Virus record (IMG/VR): IMGVR_UViG_3300044639_001144
DNA from: a virus
Reading direction: 5' to 3' (one strand)
DNA: 64,000 bases
Shown one piece after another: positions 22,646 through 31,735 of this stretch. The notes under the pieces are model-generated. The model saw only the letters and a list, made by a program, of their open reading frames with translations, searched no databases and was not told the DNA's origin. Each line of letters starts with the position of its first letter. Position 1 is the first letter of the stretch. Both the position numbers and the translations under genes were made by a program.

Positions 22646-22782
22646 TGAATTTCCTTTGTTTTAGTTGTAGGTTCTATTCTACTACGGGGGGATAAGACCC
22701 CATAAAACGCATTATTACGTTACTATTATTTATTGAAACATGAATTTTTTAAACAGCACACTAAATGACAGTAAATATCACC

Positions 22783-23934
22783 ATGACTCCTGACGAATAT
22801 CTAGCACATGGTAATAATTTTCGTTCATTAACTGAACCTGAAAAAGCACTAGCTTGCTACGCACAAGCATTTATAAAAAATCCCAAGATGGGATCTGCCT
22901 ATAACAATTATGGTAACGTAGTACGTGAAATGGGTTATCCTGAACAGGCAATTGGCTTCTTACTTAATGCAATTGCCATTGATCCAAAGGATACTGTTGC
23001 TCAATTCAATCTTGCTGTAGCATATTTGCTGTCAGGCGATCTTGAACGTGGATGGAAACAGTATGAAAAACGCTGGAGTTTTGAACATTTAGACGGTAAA
23101 TTGCCACAATTTCAAAAGCCACGATGGGAAGGGCAGGATTTAACTGGAAAAACTATACTTGTAACTGGTGAACAAGGTCATGGCGACAATATACAGTTTT
23201 GTCGTTTTGCCGAACAGCTTGTACATGCGGGTGCGAAAGTGTACATCAGTGTAGACAATAATTTACGTCCATTATTTTTGGCATCATTTTTAAATGCTGT
23301 TACAATATTAGCACCAGAAGATTTACTTCCTGAGTTTGATTACTGGACTCCGATTATGAGTATACCTGGATTTTTAGGCATTACCTATGATAATTTGCCC
23401 TACAAATTACAGTATCTTAATCCCAGTGCAGCAACAGTTCAAACTTGGGCTAAAAGATTAGGTTTAAAAAATCGTTTACGAGTTGGGTTTTGCTGGAGTG
23501 GTCGTAAAGATAGCTGGATTAATCAACACAAAGCAGTACCTTTTGAGAAAATGTTAGCTTTAATACAACGAAATCCTGATTATGAATGGCTTAATCTTCA
23601 GGCTGAATGTAGTTCTGATGAAGAAGCCAAATTAGTCGCAGCGGGAGTAAAAGCATATCCTGCTAGTATTGGCAATTGGGATGATACTGCTGGATTAATG
23701 CAACATCTAGACGTTGTAATAGCAGTAGATACTTCAGTGGGACATTTAGCAGGAGCTATGGGCAGACCATTTTGGTTACCGCTCAATAAATTTGGGCAAG
23801 ATTGGCGTTGGTTACTTGACAGAAATGATAGTCCTTGGTATGGATCATGCCGCATATTCCGTCAACCTACAATTGGCAACTGGGACGATCCACTTGAACA
23901 AATTCACAATAATCTAAAGCTGTTTAAGATTTAA
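22783..23934 (+). CDS. TPR-repeat glycosyltransferase (GT-B fold, GT9-like C-terminus)
   Basis: N-terminal TPRs (AYNNYGNV..., AQFNLAVAYL). EQGHGDNIQFCRF, LDVVIAVDTSVGHLAGAMG and DWRW...SPWY motifs. Start placed at the second ATG (22783), 5 nt after TAAATA; the ORF track starts at 22765. Confidence 0.85.
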   Translation: MTPDEYLAHGNNFRSLTEPEKALACYAQAFIKNPKMGSAYNNYGNVVREMGYPEQAIGFLLNAIAIDPKDTVAQFNLAVAYLLSGDLERGWKQYEKRWSFEHLDGKLPQFQKPRWEGQDLTGKTILVTGEQGHGDNIQFCRFAEQLVHAGAKVYISVDNNLRPLFLASFLNAVTILAPEDLLPEFDYWTPIMSIPGFLGITYDNLPYKLQYLNPSAATVQTWAKRLGLKNRLRVGFCWSGRKDSWINQHKAVPFEKMLALIQRNPDYEWLNLQAECSSDEEAKLVAAGVKAYPASIGNWDDTAGLMQHLDVVIAVDTSVGHLAGAMGRPFWLPLNKFGQDWRWLLDRNDSPWYGSCRIFRQPTIGNWDDPLEQIHNNLKLFKI

Positions 23935-23990
23935 TGTAGTAAAATTATACTAATTCAAATAAATACTTCATAATAACAAGGAGTGTTAAA

Positions 23991-26900
23991 ATGGCTGATG
24001 GTAATTTTGATAATGTATCCGCAACGGGTAATATACTAGCTGATGGTTATATTTCAGCAGCAGGAAATGTAACAGCAGAAGGATTATTGTTTAATAGTCC
24101 AACTACTGCTAATATCAGTGTAGGCAATATTGGTGTATACGATAATTTAAATATGTCTGGCACATTGTCAACTAGTGGCAACGTGACAGCAGCTAGAATA
24201 ACAGGTAATCTTGTTACAGGAAATCAGCCTAATATCACTAACGTCGGCACATTATCTAGCTTGACCGTGTCAGGTAATGCCACTTCCGGTAATGTATTAA
24301 CATCAGGCGTTATTAGTTCAACCGGCAATGCTAGACATGGCAATGTAACAGCAGGAATTGTTTCTGCAAATACTGTACTAGCCAATGCCATAACATTTAA
24401 CAGTCCAACTACAGCTAATATTGATGTTGGCAACCTTGCGTTGTATAGTAATTTAAATATGACCGGAGCTATATCTACTAGTGGTAATATTACTGGTGCT
24501 AGATTTATTGGTAATTTATTCACAGCAAATCAACCTAATATCACTAACGTTGGAACATTAACTAGTTTAACAGTAAGTGGTAATGCTACAGCTGGTAATG
24601 TATTAACGGCAGGCGTTGTTAGTTCAACTGGTAACGCGACACATGGTAATGTAGCAGCAGGAATTGTTTCCGCAAATGCTGTATTAACCAATACCATAAC
24701 ATTTAACAGTCCAACCACTGCTAACATTAGTGTTGGCAATCTTGCGTTATATAGTAATTTAAATATGACTGGCTCTGTGTCAGCTGCTGGAAATATTAGA
24801 GGCAACTATTTTCTAGGAAATGGTTACTACTTGACAGGCATAAGTGGTGTAGCAAGTACCTATGGAAATAGTAATGTAGCAGCTTACTTACCTACATATA
24901 CAGGTAATTTAACAGCAAACGTTATATCAACAACCGGTAATATTACTGGAAGTTACATTTTTGGCAATGGAAGTCAGCTAACTGGTATTACTACTAGCTA
25001 TGGAAATGCAAATACTGCTGGTTTCTTAGCAAACTTTGGTTCCAACACAATTAGTACGACAGGATCAATCAGCGCCGGCGATGTTACTTTAAATAATCTT
25101 TACTCTCCTAATTATTTTGCTAATGCTGTAGCGTTTGCTAATGCTACCGGTTATATTACTACTTCTAGTTTATTCAAGTATAATTCCGGAACAGAAGTTC
25201 TTACAGTAGGCGCTGTATCTGCTACAGGCAATATCACTGCTAATTATTTCGTTGGTAATGGAAGTCAATTAACTGATCTTCCAGCCGGTTATTCAAATGC
25301 TGATGTTTCTACATATCTCGCAAATAGCAATGTAGTAATTTCAACAACTGGTAATATCACTGCTAATTATTTCGTTGGTAATGGAAGTCAATTAACTGAT
25401 CTTCCAGCCGGTTATTCAAATGCTGATGTTTCTACATATCTCGCAAATAGCAATGTAGTAATTTCAACAACTGGTAATATTACCGGAAGTTATATTCTAG
25501 GTAATGGAAGTCAATTAACTGGTCTGCCATCTGGTAGCGGTAACACAGGCAATGTTACATTTGATGATGTCAACATCATTGGCACAGGAAACTTAAACCT
25601 ACAACCAAACGGTGCCAGCAATGAGTATTTAAATATTTACTTGACTGGGAACGCGGATATACATGTAGCAGCTGGTGGTGGCGTTGGTAATGTAATTTTG
25701 GGCACAGATGAACAAGCCAATGTTGCTGTTTTACAGGATGGCAATGTGGCCATACAGGCTGGTAATGTCAGTGGCACAAAGACTTGGAACTTTGACATTA
25801 CTGGTAACTTGACCTTGCCATTGAATAGTGTTGTTTATGAAACCAACATTCCAGACGGCGGACTTAGCGGCAGTGCTATTGCTTTAAAGCCAACAGGTGG
25901 AACAAATGCTGATCAACAGTTATTAATTTATCCAACCACTAATGATGCCAATCACCTACACTTGACTTCGGGCAACTTATACAGCACAGAATTGTTCTTT
26001 GGTAGTGATAACTTGTATGTGAAATTAGCAAATACAGGCAACGTTGTAATTAATAGTAATGATGGCATTGGCAATAGTGCTCAATGGACATTTGATACCA
26101 CTGGCAATTTAACATTACCAGGCAATACTTTCGCAGTTAACTATGCTAATGGTACTCAAGTATCAATCAGTGGTGGCAATGCTAGTACAGGTAATGTAAC
26201 ATTTGATAATAACATTGTAGTAGGTACAGGCGATGAATTCGGCGGCAGTGGATTGTATTTGGCTCCTGGCGCTAACAGCTCAGGCAATTTACAATATATT
26301 CGTGTGCGTGGTGGTGATGTTGTCACACACATACATTTAGATACCGGAAACAATGCTTATTTTGACCAATACTTTGGCGATGATGGCAAGTATGTTAAGT
26401 TAGCAAATACCGGTAATATTGAAATCAGAAGTGATGATGCCACCGGTAACGCAGCTCAATGGACATTTGATACCACTGGCAATTTAACATTACCAGGCAA
26501 CACTTTCGCAGTTAACTATGCTAATGGTACTCAAGTATCAATCGGTGGTGGCGGCAACACTGACTGGGCTAACATTGGTAATATCAACAATGTCAATGGC
26601 CCAACAAAAATAGCAGTTGGCGCTAATGCCGGACTGACCACACAAGGTGCATATTCTGTGGCCGTTGGCGAGAGTGCTGGCTCAAATAATCAAGGCTATG
26701 GGGGAGTGGCCGTTGGTAACTATGCTGGTTCTAACACACAAGGCGATTATGCAGTGGCCATTGGCGCCGATGCCGGACAAACCACACAAGGTGCTGGTGC
26801 AGTGGCCATTGGTAAAGATGCTGGAACAACCACACAAGGCGAATACGCAGTGGCCATTGGTCAAGATGCTGGAACAACCACACAAGGCGAATACGCAGTG

Positions 26901-27599
26901 GCCGTTGGTCCCCTTGCTGGAACAACCGAACAAGGCGCCCTCGCAGTGGCCGTTGGGACCGGTGCTGGCGAAACCTCACAAGGCACCCAAGCAGTGGCCA
27001 TTGGTTATAATGCTGGTCGCACTTCACAAGGCAACAACTCAATCATATTAAATGCTACTGGAGCTAACTTAAATCAAACCACAGCCAACACATTCACAGT
27101 GGCACCGGTCCGCAATGATGTGGCCAACATTGGAGAAGTGGTATTCTACAACACTGCCAGCAAGGAAATCACTTATGGCAATACCATAAATGTTACAGGT
27201 AACGTAACTGGTGGTAATATTTCTACCGGTGGTACATTAACTGCAACTGGTAAAATTGGTTATGCTTCAGGTTCAACTGTTACACAGCTTACCTCTAGAG
27301 GAACCGGTGTAATTATCAATACACTAGCAGGAACTATTATAACAACTAGTGCCGCTATGGTGGCAACCGAAATTGATACATTCTCTGTTACAAATAGTTC
27401 AGTGGATCCTAATAGTGATATTGTACTAGCGCAAATAGTTAGTCCTAACCAAGGAACATATAATTGTATCGCAAATCCTGCTACTATCGGTGGATTCAAC
27501 CCTGGATTCTTTTTAAACATTGTAAACATCAGTGGTTTTACAACTAGTGATGAAACAATTACTATAAGATTTATGATTATCAAAGCTCCCAACGCATAA
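23991..27599 (+). CDS. 1202-aa fibre/adhesin-like protein with YadA-head-like repeats
   Basis: GN[IV]T repeats. About nine 16-aa AVA[IV]GxxAGxxxQG repeats (~26610-27030) resemble trimeric-autotransporter head repeats. AGGAG RBS. Confidence 0.7.
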   Translation: MADGNFDNVSATGNILADGYISAAGNVTAEGLLFNSPTTANISVGNIGVYDNLNMSGTLSTSGNVTAARITGNLVTGNQPNITNVGTLSSLTVSGNATSGNVLTSGVISSTGNARHGNVTAGIVSANTVLANAITFNSPTTANIDVGNLALYSNLNMTGAISTSGNITGARFIGNLFTANQPNITNVGTLTSLTVSGNATAGNVLTAGVVSSTGNATHGNVAAGIVSANAVLTNTITFNSPTTANISVGNLALYSNLNMTGSVSAAGNIRGNYFLGNGYYLTGISGVASTYGNSNVAAYLPTYTGNLTANVISTTGNITGSYIFGNGSQLTGITTSYGNANTAGFLANFGSNTISTTGSISAGDVTLNNLYSPNYFANAVAFANATGYITTSSLFKYNSGTEVLTVGAVSATGNITANYFVGNGSQLTDLPAGYSNADVSTYLANSNVVISTTGNITANYFVGNGSQLTDLPAGYSNADVSTYLANSNVVISTTGNITGSYILGNGSQLTGLPSGSGNTGNVTFDDVNIIGTGNLNLQPNGASNEYLNIYLTGNADIHVAAGGGVGNVILGTDEQANVAVLQDGNVAIQAGNVSGTKTWNFDITGNLTLPLNSVVYETNIPDGGLSGSAIALKPTGGTNADQQLLIYPTTNDANHLHLTSGNLYSTELFFGSDNLYVKLANTGNVVINSNDGIGNSAQWTFDTTGNLTLPGNTFAVNYANGTQVSISGGNASTGNVTFDNNIVVGTGDEFGGSGLYLAPGANSSGNLQYIRVRGGDVVTHIHLDTGNNAYFDQYFGDDGKYVKLANTGNIEIRSDDATGNAAQWTFDTTGNLTLPGNTFAVNYANGTQVSIGGGGNTDWANIGNINNVNGPTKIAVGANAGLTTQGAYSVAVGESAGSNNQGYGGVAVGNYAGSNTQGDYAVAIGADAGQTTQGAGAVAIGKDAGTTTQGEYAVAIGQDAGTTTQGEYAVAVGPLAGTTEQGALAVAVGTGAGETSQGTQAVAIGYNAGRTSQGNNSIILNATGANLNQTTANTFTVAPVRNDVANIGEVVFYNTASKEITYGNTINVTGNVTGGNISTGGTLTATGKIGYASGSTVTQLTSRGTGVIINTLAGTIITTSAAMVATEIDTFSVTNSSVDPNSDIVLAQIVSPNQGTYNCIANPATIGGFNPGFFLNIVNISGFTTSDETITIRFMIIKAPNA
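25230..25480. repeat. Exact 123-nt in-frame tandem duplication
   Basis: Units start at 25230 and 25353 (NITANYFVGNGSQLTDLPAGYSNADVSTYLANSNVVISTTG). Confidence 0.9.
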
Positions 27600-27672
27600 T
27601 TGATCATATATAGATAAAAGGATAACAACTGGGAATAGTAATAAAAAGTAACAGTTAGTATTGTAGTAAATT

Positions 27673-27693
27673 AAAAAGCACCGTTTGGTGCTT
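27673..27693 (-). terminator. Intrinsic terminator after 27709..28368
   Basis: AAGCACC-AAAC-GGTGCTT-TTT. Confidence 0.7.
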
Positions 27694-27708
27694 GATTGTG
27701 TTGATTTA

Positions 27709-28368
27709 TTATTCAGATAGAGGTGTAGCTAGTATATTATTATTTTCTGTAGTAGTGTTAGTGTTTTGAATTTTTAACGGTTGGACCTGTGTTAGTTCAA
27801 CTTTCAGTGGATCGTTGCTGGATTTTAACAGGAAAGAGTCTTTGGGAATCAATCCTAGACCTTTTAGCGCATTCCAAGTAACAGGATTACTCATGGCATT
27901 ACGAATTTTTGCTGGACTTGGATGACCAGTGGCTAATATTTCTGCGTAAATTTCTTTACCTATTACTGCAGTAAATTCATTGGCAGCATTTACCTCAAAC
28001 ATCTGCTCATCAGTATATCCAGGAATACGAGTAGGCTCGGCGATTTCGTAGTATTCGGCCAACAAATTCTGCAGTATTTCTATTTCTTGACGATTGAGTT
28101 CAAATGCATAACTGGGATCACCAAAACTTTCAGTTTCTTTAATGTTCGCTTCTAATTCTAATATTTCATATTCTGGAGTGTCGGGTTGAGATTTTAAGTA
28201 TTCAAGTTTTGCTTTTTGTGCTTTGAAACGAATAATAGAAACTTCTTCCAATTTAGAGGCTCTGATACGGCCTTCTAAGAATCCCTGTAGTGTTTTGATT
28301 TTTTCCCAAACAGTTTCGCCGATTACTTGATAGCGATAGTTAAATTCTGAATTTAATTTTGATGGCAT
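27709..28368 (-). CDS. Hypothetical helical protein linked to the propeller-repeat genes (219 aa)
   Basis: Clean ORF with TAAATA, an AAGGA RBS and a terminator. Function not recognised. Confidence 0.6.
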   Translation of the reverse strand: MPSKLNSEFNYRYQVIGETVWEKIKTLQGFLEGRIRASKLEEVSIIRFKAQKAKLEYLKSQPDTPEYEILELEANIKETESFGDPSYAFELNRQEIEILQNLLAEYYEIAEPTRIPGYTDEQMFEVNAANEFTAVIGKEIYAEILATGHPSPAKIRNAMSNPVTWNALKGLGLIPKDSFLLKSSNDPLKVELTQVQPLKIQNTNTTTENNNILATPLSE

Positions 28369-28425
28369 AATATTCCTTAGATACAGTATTTATTATGCCA
28401 TCAATCGAGCCTTAAATTTTATTAA

Positions 28426-29376
28426 TTAACCGTATGAGGCTGCGGCGAGGCTGTCGCGAGCAGTGCCAACTCCGGTGGTATCAGTGGCAACAACACCGGT
28501 ATTGGATACCAAGTTAGTCATACTGACGGGGGCATATCCGGCAGAAACCAAACCATAACCAAATATGGCAGTATCTGTTCCATAACCGGCTGCGGCGAGG
28601 CCGATGCGAGCAGTGCCAACTCCGGTGGTATCAGTGGCAACAACACCTGTATCAGATACCAAGTTAGTCATACTGACAAAGGCAGATCCGTCATTACCAT
28701 ATCCAAATATTGCCTTGTCCCCTCCATAACCGGCTGCAGCAAGAAGGGCGCGAGCAGTGCCAACTCCGGTGGTATCAGTGGCAACAACACCTGTATTGGA
28801 TACCAAGTTAGTTACACTGAGGGAGGCAGATCCGTCATTACCATATCCAAATATGGCAGTATCTGTTCCATAACCTGCTGCAGCAAGACCGGAACGAGCA
28901 GTGCCAACTCCGGTGGTATCAGTGGCAACTACACCGGTATTGGATACCAAGTTAGTGACTGCTGTGCCGCTCGGGGCAATACTGCCATATCCAAATATTG
29001 CCTTGTCCCCTCCATAACCTGCTGCAGCAAGCCTGGAACGAGCAGTGCCAACTCCGGTGGTATCAGTGGCAACTACACCGGTATTGGATACCAAATTAGT
29101 TACACTGAGCAGGTTGATGTCGTCATCTCCATATCCAAATATTGCCTTGTCCCCTCCATAACCTGCTGCAGCAAGACCGAAGCGAGCAGTGCCAACTCCG
29201 GTGGTATCAGTGGCAATTACACCGGTATTGGATACCAAGTTAGTCATACTGACGGGGGCAAATCCGGCATCCAAACCATAACCAAATATTGCCTTTTTTC
29301 CAGTCCCAGGCGGAGGTGGTGACGGAGGTGCAGTTATTGTCATTCCGGTTAATACTACATTAGTGATTGTTCCCAT
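28426..29376 (-). CDS. Six-repeat beta-propeller-like protein (Kelch-like), paralogue 2
   Basis: Six ~48-aa repeats AIFGYG-x(n)-TNLVSNTGVVATDTTGVGTAR-xx-LAAAGYG after a short N-terminus and a poly-Pro linker. Confidence 0.65.
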   Translation of the reverse strand: MGTITNVVLTGMTITAPPSPPPPGTGKKAIFGYGLDAGFAPVSMTNLVSNTGVIATDTTGVGTARFGLAAAGYGGDKAIFGYGDDDINLLSVTNLVSNTGVVATDTTGVGTARSRLAAAGYGGDKAIFGYGSIAPSGTAVTNLVSNTGVVATDTTGVGTARSGLAAAGYGTDTAIFGYGNDGSASLSVTNLVSNTGVVATDTTGVGTARALLAAAGYGGDKAIFGYGNDGSAFVSMTNLVSDTGVVATDTTGVGTARIGLAAAGYGTDTAIFGYGLVSAGYAPVSMTNLVSNTGVVATDTTGVGTARDSLAAASYG

Positions 29377-29402
29377 TATAATTCCTGTTAGATTTTATTT
29401 AA

Positions 29403-30368
29403 TTAACCGTATGATGAGGCAGCAAGATCGGAGCGAGCAGTGCCAACTCCAGTGGTATCAGTGGCAACGACACCAGTATTGGATATCAAGTTAGTTACAC
29501 TGACATCGACAGATGTGTCATTTCCATAACCAAATATTGCAGTATCTGTTCCGTATCCGGCTGCAGCAAGTTGGTAACGAGCAGTGCCAACTCCGGTGGT
29601 ATCAGTGGCAACAACACCTGTATTGGATACCAAGTTAGTCATACTATACACGGTTGGTGTCGCTGGTGGAGGACCCGGTGGCGGTAGCCCTCCATATCCA
29701 AATATTGCCTTGTCCCCTCCATAACCTGCTGCAGCAAGAGCGTAACGAGCAGTGCCAACTCCGGTGGTATCAGTGGCAACTACACCGGTATTGGATACCA
29801 AGTTAGTTACACTGACAGCAGCAGATCCGGTATATCCATATCCAAATATGGCAGTATCTGTTCCGTATCCAGCTGCGGCAACACCATTACGAGCAGTACC
29901 GACTCCGGTGGTATCAGTGGCAACTACACCGGTATTGGATACCAAGTTAGTCATACTGACAACGCTCGCGCCGGTAGTACCATAACCAAATATGGCAGTA
30001 TCTGTTCCATATCCGGCTGCAGCAAGACTGGCGCGAGCAGTGCCAACTCCGGTGGTATCAGTGGCAACTACACCGGTATCAGATACCAAGTTAGTGACTG
30101 CTGTGAATGCGAAAGATCCGTTAAATCCATATCCAAATATTGCCTTGTCCCCTCCATAACCTGCTGCGGCAGGACCGACACGAGCAGTGCCAACTCCGGT
30201 GGTATCAGTGGCAACTACACCGGTATCAGATACCAAGTTAGTGACTGCTGTAAAAGGAGATCCACCAGAGCCAAAACCAAATATTGCATTTTTTCCAGTC
30301 CCAGGCGGTGGTGGCGCTGGAGGTGCAGTTATTTCCAATCCTACTAGTGTTAAACCTGTAATTTCCAT
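29403..30368 (-). CDS. Six-repeat beta-propeller-like protein (Kelch-like), paralogue 1
   Basis: Same six-repeat architecture and an identical upstream promoter/RBS block. Confidence 0.65.
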   Translation of the reverse strand: MEITGLTLVGLEITAPPAPPPPGTGKNAIFGFGSGGSPFTAVTNLVSDTGVVATDTTGVGTARVGPAAAGYGGDKAIFGYGFNGSFAFTAVTNLVSDTGVVATDTTGVGTARASLAAAGYGTDTAIFGYGTTGASVVSMTNLVSNTGVVATDTTGVGTARNGVAAAGYGTDTAIFGYGYTGSAAVSVTNLVSNTGVVATDTTGVGTARYALAAAGYGGDKAIFGYGGLPPPGPPPATPTVYSMTNLVSNTGVVATDTTGVGTARYQLAAAGYGTDTAIFGYGNDTSVDVSVTNLISNTGVVATDTTGVGTARSDLAASSYG

Positions 30369-30394
30369 TATAATTCCTGTTAGATTTTATTTAA

Positions 30395-31570
30395 TTAATT
30401 CAATGATACCCAAGTTGATCCATCATATCCATAGAAATTTGGCCCAGCAGTAACAAACACTATCATTCCAGCAGCAGGTGAAGCAATTGCAGCATCTCTT
30501 GCTGTTGTATTGGCATATACTGATGTTTGTATATATCCAACACCGGATGGTAAAACAATAGCATTTGCAGTTATAACATTTGCAGTTATAATATTAGCAT
30601 TGCTAATGTTACCACCAGTTCCTGATCCTAATGTTATTGTATTGGCAGTTATAACATCTACGTTACTAATGTTACCACCGGTTCCTGATCCAAGTATAAG
30701 AGTAGGTCCTAAAATATTGCCAGTACTGCTAATAATACCGACTGTTAATACATTACCGCCAGTTACATTACCAGTAACACTTATACTTGAACCTGTAATA
30801 ACTCCACCAACAACTGAGGCTGCGGTGGTTGTACCAGTGACACTTGTTGAAGAACCTGTAATAACTCCACCAACTACACTTGCTGCTGTGGTTGTACCTG
30901 TAACACTTGTTGAAGAACCTGTAATAACTCCACCAACAACTGAGGCCGCGGTGGTTGTACCAGTGACACTTGTACTTGATCCTGTAATAACTCCACCAAC
31001 TATTGAGTCTGCTGTGGTTGTACCTGTAACACTTGTTGAAGAACCTGTAATAACTCCACCAACTACACTTGCTGCTGTGGTTGTACCAGTAACACTTGTT
31101 GAAGAACCTGTAATAACTCCACCAACTACACTTGCACCTCTGATGGCACCGGTGGCACTGACAAGGCCAGTCGTGCGGATATTACTGGCTTGTACATTGC
31201 CAGTGGCACTTACTAGACCGCCAGTTAAGATATTAGATCCAGTGACGTTACCGCTTGAACTAATAACACCCGAATTTAACGAAGTTAATGTGCCAACTGA
31301 TGTAATATTTGATTGTGCGTTAGTTGTAACTGTGCCTGCTGTAGTTGCGTATGTGGCATTGGCTACTGCTCCTGTTACATTGGCACCGGTCAATGATGTT
31401 AACCTGCTACCATTACCAATAATATTACCACCGGTTATGTTACCGGTTGTGCTTAATAGAGTAGATACTGCTACTTGGTATGTAGTTCCACCATCAACAA
31501 TGGGTAACACATCGGAAGTGCTTCCCACAGCAGATAACACCGGTAATTGACTAATTTTTATGTCTGCCAT
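30395..31570 (-). CDS. Fibre-like structural protein (391 aa)
   Basis: MADIKISQLP N-terminus typical of phage fibre proteins, 21-aa tandem repeats, C-terminal ARDAAIASPAAGMIVF...YDGSTW motif. Confidence 0.65.
   Translation of the reverse strand: MADIKISQLPVLSAVGSTSDVLPIVDGGTTYQVAVSTLLSTTGNITGGNIIGNGSRLTSLTGANVTGAVANATYATTAGTVTTNAQSNITSVGTLTSLNSGVISSSGNVTGSNILTGGLVSATGNVQASNIRTTGLVSATGAIRGASVVGGVITGSSTSVTGTTTAASVVGGVITGSSTSVTGTTTADSIVGGVITGSSTSVTGTTTAASVVGGVITGSSTSVTGTTTAASVVGGVITGSSTSVTGTTTAASVVGGVITGSSISVTGNVTGGNVLTVGIISSTGNILGPTLILGSGTGGNISNVDVITANTITLGSGTGGNISNANIITANVITANAIVLPSGVGYIQTSVYANTTARDAAIASPAAGMIVFVTAGPNFYGYDGSTWVSLN
30770..31135. repeat. About six 63-nt in-frame tandem repeats
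   Basis: Encode ASVVGGVITGSSTSVTGTTTA; a single copy of the same unit occurs near 1790-1845 in another fibre gene. Confidence 0.85.
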
Positions 31571-31582
31571 TTTTATTCCCTT

Positions 31583-31735
31583 TTATGATTCTGTAATTAG
31601 ATTAAGCCCAGACTCAGTGAGTAATGGTTCTAATATTTCTGTAGAGATATTGGTGGCTGTGCTAGGAGGTGGTGAGGTGATTTCAATTATGATGCCGCCG
31701 CCAATTGTGATGCCGCTGCCTATGATTATTGCCAC
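31583..31735 (-). CDS. 50-aa small structural protein (below the ORF-track cutoff)
   Basis: GTG start 7 nt after AAGGA, downstream of TAAATA (31792-31797). Reads MAIIIGSGITIGGGIIIEITSPPPSTATNISTEILEPLLTESGLNLITES. Confidence 0.65.
   Translation of the reverse strand: MAIIIGSGITIGGGIIIEITSPPPSTATNISTEILEPLLTESGLNLITES

Noticed and set aside
28426-30368. CRISPR-like alternation of constant and variable DNA
   Set aside because: Units are ~140-170 nt, mostly constant, all in frame within clean ORFs, and no cas genes are present.
28426-30368. Diversity-generating retroelement
   Set aside because: No reverse transcriptase in the window, no template/variable repeat pair, and the variation includes indels rather than adenine-specific substitutions.
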